Assembly (NCBI GenBank): GCA_964035545.1 | Contig: OZ037773.1 | Location: forward strand, 151,551-215,550 | DNA: 64,000 nucleotides | Direction: 5' to 3' | Origin: Bugula neritina | Lineage: Eukaryota; Animalia; Bryozoa | Part shown: piece after piece, positions 59,467 through 64,000 of the stretch | Numbering within the stretch: the first letter of the stretch is position 1 | Layout of the letters: each line of letters opens with the position of its first letter | Notes under the pieces: model-generated | What the model was told of the DNA's origin: nothing | The model's database searches: none | What the model saw: only the letters and a program-made list of their open reading frames with translations | Translations under genes and position numbers: made by a program

Positions 59467-60160
59467 AGTAGGCAGAACAAGTTATAGAATGGTATTTTTA
59501 TTTTAAGTAACGACACCTTTAATAGCAACTCTATGACGTAATGAGTCGACAGCTTGAGTATTCTCCCCTACTCTCTCAAGTCCTGAACAATAAAACTCTC
59601 CAAAGAAAGACTCCGACACTATTGTGAGATTCTGGACCAAGTTGAATCCAGTAGTTGACCCTACCGATCTGCACTCTTCATCAGAGATTGGAGATGCCTG
59701 TACGGCACTGGTGTCATTGTTGAAGGACTTTGATAACCAATTGTTCTGAAGGTTTATAAAACAGCCTCTTTTGTAAGTCCTCTTCAGATAGTCAAATTTA
59801 AAATAAAGAAGTCTTAAGTTGGTGAATCTCGAGGGAGCACATGTCCATTTCATGACATCGTAGGTGTAAAAGTCTGGTGAACTTGGATTTGCTAAGCGAA
59901 CTTGTAAAGCTGGCTGAGCAAATGCATGTTCTATAACAGACATGCACAAATATTTTTATAAATAACCATATAGTAAAATATGCTTAGAAAAATAATTTGC
60001 TACATTATAAATATATGTGTTGAAATGTTATTGTTTTAGTCAGCATATTCTAAGTGCATACAGGATACTCTTAGTATGGCTCAATATTTTTACCTGAAAA
60101 GTATGCAAACTTTAGTACAGTTATCAGGAAAAACAAAGCATTGAAGTCTCCAGCTTTCAT
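57563..60160 (-). CDS. 3-Ig-domain protein, paralog of the 24046-38868 receptor, with a C-terminal GPI-type signal and no cytoplasmic tail (~376 aa)
   Basis: Exons 60094-60160 (signal peptide), 59517-59930, 58690-58800, 58343-58489, 57917-58189, 57563-57681 ([39 protein letters not shown]); all phase 1, with the same intron positions as the paralog; total 1131 nt. Confidence 0.82.
59195..59466. repeat. TGTATGTAGG(T/C)ATGTG minisatellite grading into (TG)n
   Basis: Direct inspection. Confidence 0.92.
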
Positions 60161-61047
60161 TGCAACTTTTGCTGTTGACCAGCATTTCTGATTTTATAAT
60201 TAAAATTTGTTTCAATTGTTACGAGTTGAGCCACAGAAGTTACTATGATTGTTAAATACCAATAACTAAGTTTATAGCTAGCAATATTGTTTGTGCGCTC
60301 ATTGCTATTGTTGTAATGTTTAACACAAAAGTAATATATTTCAGCAATAATCATTTTGTAATGAACCATCAAGAATGACACGTTATAGAATACTTACTAA
60401 ATCACTTTTAGAAAACAAACTATAAAATGTGTACATGTTGGAAGTGAATTTGTATACTTGTAGAAATAAAGATATTTTGCAACAGATAGGAGTGATAGCG
60501 TGCACCACATAAGAGAGGAACAAGTGGTCACCATCACAATATTGCAAGAAAGGACAAAACAGAGCTGGCTATTGCTGTTGCTCAACTTACTCTGGTCTGT
60601 AGCTTGTAATAGCCTCTGTTAGATAATATTGTCATGGGATAACTGAGGAACTGTTATTATCTTATAAGCATGAGTTTCTAGGCTTTACATCTGAAAGTGG
60701 TACCCTTGTTTATACTCTAGAATTTTGAGCTGTTAGAAAAGTAATTATGTAAAAGATTGCTTTGTAGTTATTTCATATGCACATAAGGAAACACATATTG
60801 GTTTGTCAAGCCTAAATTATACTTTATTGGAAACAATGGCATCCTGTGACAATAAGAATAACCCCTGCATTCATATTAAACAATCCAAGTGAGTTGGAGC
60901 ATTACACATATGTTAATAATTGTCATACAAACTTCAATCATGGAGCATAATTAATTTTACAAGTCAGTAATAATTTAGTGTTTCTCCAGCTATCTGTGTG
61001 TCTAAGGCTATTGTTGTTAGCCTAAGGCTACTGTTGTTAGCCTAAGG

Positions 61048-63591
61048 CTACTGTTGTGAGCAAGACGGACCATGACCATGCATACCGTCCATTTCATCAT
61101 CTTCACTGTCGTCATAATGTGCTGAATGGAAGCCATGATACCCAGGGAAGCCTGGTGGATAGCCATGGAAATGCTGCAACACAAGAAGTCATTATAGTAA
61201 TACTGATAAGGAAGTAGTAGTGATACTGATAAGGAAGTAGTAGTGATACTGATAAGGAAGTAGTAGTGATACTGATAAGGAAGTAGTAGTGATATTGATA
61301 AGGAAGTAGTAGTGATACTGATAAGGAAGTAGTAGTGATATTGATAAGGAAGTAGTAGTAATACTGATAAGGAAGTAGTAGTGATACTGATAAGGAAGTA
61401 GTAGTGATACTGATAAGGAAGCAGTTAAAAGCAGCCGATAGCTACGTCTCGAAACTAACCGGGTGCCGCTGCTGCCGCTGCCTTCTACGTGACTCATCGT
61501 AGTCAACAAGCGGTACTTCCTCTGCTATCCCAGAATGCATCACATCAACTCGCTTGGGTAAAGATTTTTCTAGAAGCTAAAAATTTGACAAGAATTAGAG
61601 GTGATGATGTCCAAACCTCTAGCACATTATAATCCATACAGTAATCATCAAAAGAGCTCATTGTAGAGATTCAACGACCTGTAAGTCAACCTGTATATAG
61701 TTTTGCATTTAACAAAGGACGTTTATGACGCAAACTCCAAGAGAACAAAATTGAATAGACAGTATTGGAGCCGTCAGGAGTCAGAGTCGTCCAACAACAT
61801 ATACGATGACCAAGAATAACTGTCCCTTCTCCAAACTAAAACTTCCCCCTAAATAAAAAAAAAACATAAATACCTTCAACTTTCTTTCCGGGAGGTAGTT
61901 TGGTGGAGGAAAGGCGACAGTAAACTTGATGAGGAGTTGACCCTTGTTGAAAGGGTTCCTGTGTTGAGGCATGCCTTCACCTGTGATAGCACGGAGGGCG
62001 TTGTGTGGCACCACTTTACCTGAGATTAAGAAGCAAAAGCATTTAGACATCCACTAGAAAAGTGCATTAAGGGATCACAAAAGCATTTCAGATGCATTTC
62101 TACTCTCTAGCAACCATTAATATAGGAAATGCCAAAATAATGATGATGAGAAGGAAACTGGAGATGAGTCAGACATACCAGGAGGGGATTCAATGAGTAG
62201 CACCCTTTTATCTAACGTCTTGATGGTCTTCTTAAACCCTATCAATGATTCTGTGATATTGATCTCCATGTCCATAGCCAGGTCTGAAAGTATGTAACAG
62301 GAAGATACTACTGCTGCCGCTGCTACTACTACTACCACTACCACCACTACTACTGCTACTACTACCACCACTACTACCACTACTACCACTACTACCACTA
62401 GTACTACTACTACTGCTGCTGCTACTACTGCTACTACTACTACTACCAATACTGCTGCTACTACTACTACTACTACTGCTACTACTACCACTGCCACTAC
62501 TACTACTACTACTGCTGCTGCTACTACTACGACTACTACTGCTGCTACTACTAATACTACCACTACTGCTACTATTACTACTACTTGCTGCTTACACTAA
62601 CCTAACTCCTGTCTCTTGAACACTTTGTGAGGCAGCTCGTGTAGGATTACGAGAATGTCACCAGGTTCTATTCCGGGTTCCTGATCTCCTTCGCCATGGA
62701 AGGTGATTTGGTCGCCATCTTTCATTCCTACATTGATATAAGTAAAAGCTGTCACTACGCGCTTATTACTAGTCACTAGTCTACATGACAGTGAGTAATA
62801 GACTGCAATTATTGCAGACTTGTAATGAGTTGGGTAAAACATAGATTTACGATTAGGGTACGAAGTAAACTAACAGATGAAAAATTGTGTAATAACAGGC
62901 ATTACAAAACCACAAGGTAAGACAACTGTTTCAGTGTAAGCAGTGAATGTGTCCAATTTAATGTGAAGTGAAAAATAAAGAATTATTATTAAACTAGGTA
63001 TGAATTTTGTTTATTTTCACAGACATCTAGACCTACCTTTATCAATGTGAACTTCCAACACTTTCTTTTCACCAACAACTTTTTTGGAGTTACAGTCCTT
63101 GCACGCATACTGTGGGTCTACTATTTCCCCTCGACCTCTACAGTCCTTGCACATTCCCTGCGTCTGCTGCATCATCCCTAAACCGATCTGCGGTGGTAAA
63201 CAGATTATTCAATACATAATATATTAGAATACTATGTATAACCTAATATATACAATGTATTGAAGTACTATGTATTATTACCTAATAAATAATATGCAAC
63301 ATCAGACTGAAGTGGTAACAGACAGTCCCACCTACCTGCTGAAGTTTAACTTGTATACCAGTTCCCTTACAGCTGTAGCATTTCTGTACGGCACCTTCTT
63401 TAGTACCACCAGTACCTACACATTTACACATAGGCTCAATGTCAAGGTCAAATTCACTATTGTAGTTTCTTTGGATAAATGTGTGCAATATATATGAGCA
63501 ACAATCACGTACCTTCGCACCCTTTACAGATCACATTTTTATTCGCAGCAATTTTCTTCACAGTACCATTATACAGGTCTTCTAGCGTTAC
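61048..63591 (-). CDS. DNAJA: DnaJ homolog subfamily A (Hsp40 class I), 3' portion; J-domain exons lie beyond the window
   Basis: VTLEDLYNG, CxxCxGxG repeats, [37 protein letters not shown]-terminal CaaX CSQQ*; exons approximately 63513-63591, 63335-63415, 63037-63187, 62602-62727, 62178-62283, 61874-62019, 61460-61577, 61048-61173. Confidence 0.93.
61197..61420. repeat. 23-bp minisatellite GATACTGATAAGGAAGTAGTAGT
   Basis: Direct inspection; fills most of the last DNAJA intron. Confidence 0.93.
62307..62583. repeat. (CTA/CTG/CCA)n tract filling a DNAJA intron
   Basis: Direct inspection. Confidence 0.93.
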
Positions 63592-63727
63592 CTGCAGTGA
63601 AATGCAGTTCCAGATCAAATGAGTAGAAAGTGACATCAGCAATTTATAGTAACTTTCAGTACACACGTAACCAGCACAACTTACACTATACAAGTAATGT
63701 ACACTACACAAGCAACCTACACTAACT

Positions 63728-63830
63728 AAAGTGACTTACACAACACGAGTGACTTACACAACACGAGTGACTTACACAAAACAAGTGACTTACACAACAC
63801 GAGTAACTTACACTACAGGAGTAACTTGTA
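63728..63830. repeat. ~18-bp minisatellite AGTGACTTACACAACACG
   Basis: Direct inspection. Confidence 0.8.
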
Positions 63831-64000
63831 CAACAAATGAAATATAAACACAAAAACCTAAACACATTTATTGTTTGGTTTGAAAACCAGGTGATTGTTA
63901 ACTCAAAGTGATTTTCGGGGAGACTTAATTGACAATTAGACAATTACAACTTCTAACTAACGTCATTTCAGCTGATATTTGATAAGACTTTATATCTTTC

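Noticed and set aside
62117-62563. Poly-V/A ORF
   Set aside because: Microsatellite intron running into a DNAJA exon

Overview
AT-rich genomic DNA from an intron-rich invertebrate animal; the species cannot be identified from sequence alone. The first ~21 kb is a transposon nest: two tail-to-tail, non-autonomous Gypsy/Ty3-type LTR elements primed by tRNA-Leu, a degenerate RT-bearing relative, a full-length CR1-type LINE whose ORF1 is split by a TA-flanked DNA transposon, and a CR1 3' fragment. The remainder holds five spliced genes that I assembled by hand with phase-consistent GT-AG junctions (GOLGA1 only approximately): a 3-Ig-domain type I receptor with an ITIM-bearing tail (+, 24046-38868), golgin-97/GOLGA1 (-), a GPI-anchored Ly6/uPAR three-finger protein (-), a divergent 3-Ig paralog of the first receptor that ends in a GPI-type signal instead of a cytoplasmic tail (-, 57563-60160), and the 3' part of a DNAJA gene (-). 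Introns contain MITEs and many minisatellites; a mariner relic lies just upstream of the first receptor's ATG. Two leads stand out. (1) An atypical Ig receptor pair, inhibitory ITIM versus GPI-anchored, which is a candidate paired self/non-self or adhesion system. (2) An RT-less LTR retroelement family carrying an intron-containing third gene for a C2H2/C2HC zinc-finger plus coiled-coil/basic protein, reconstructable only by combining the two damaged copies.
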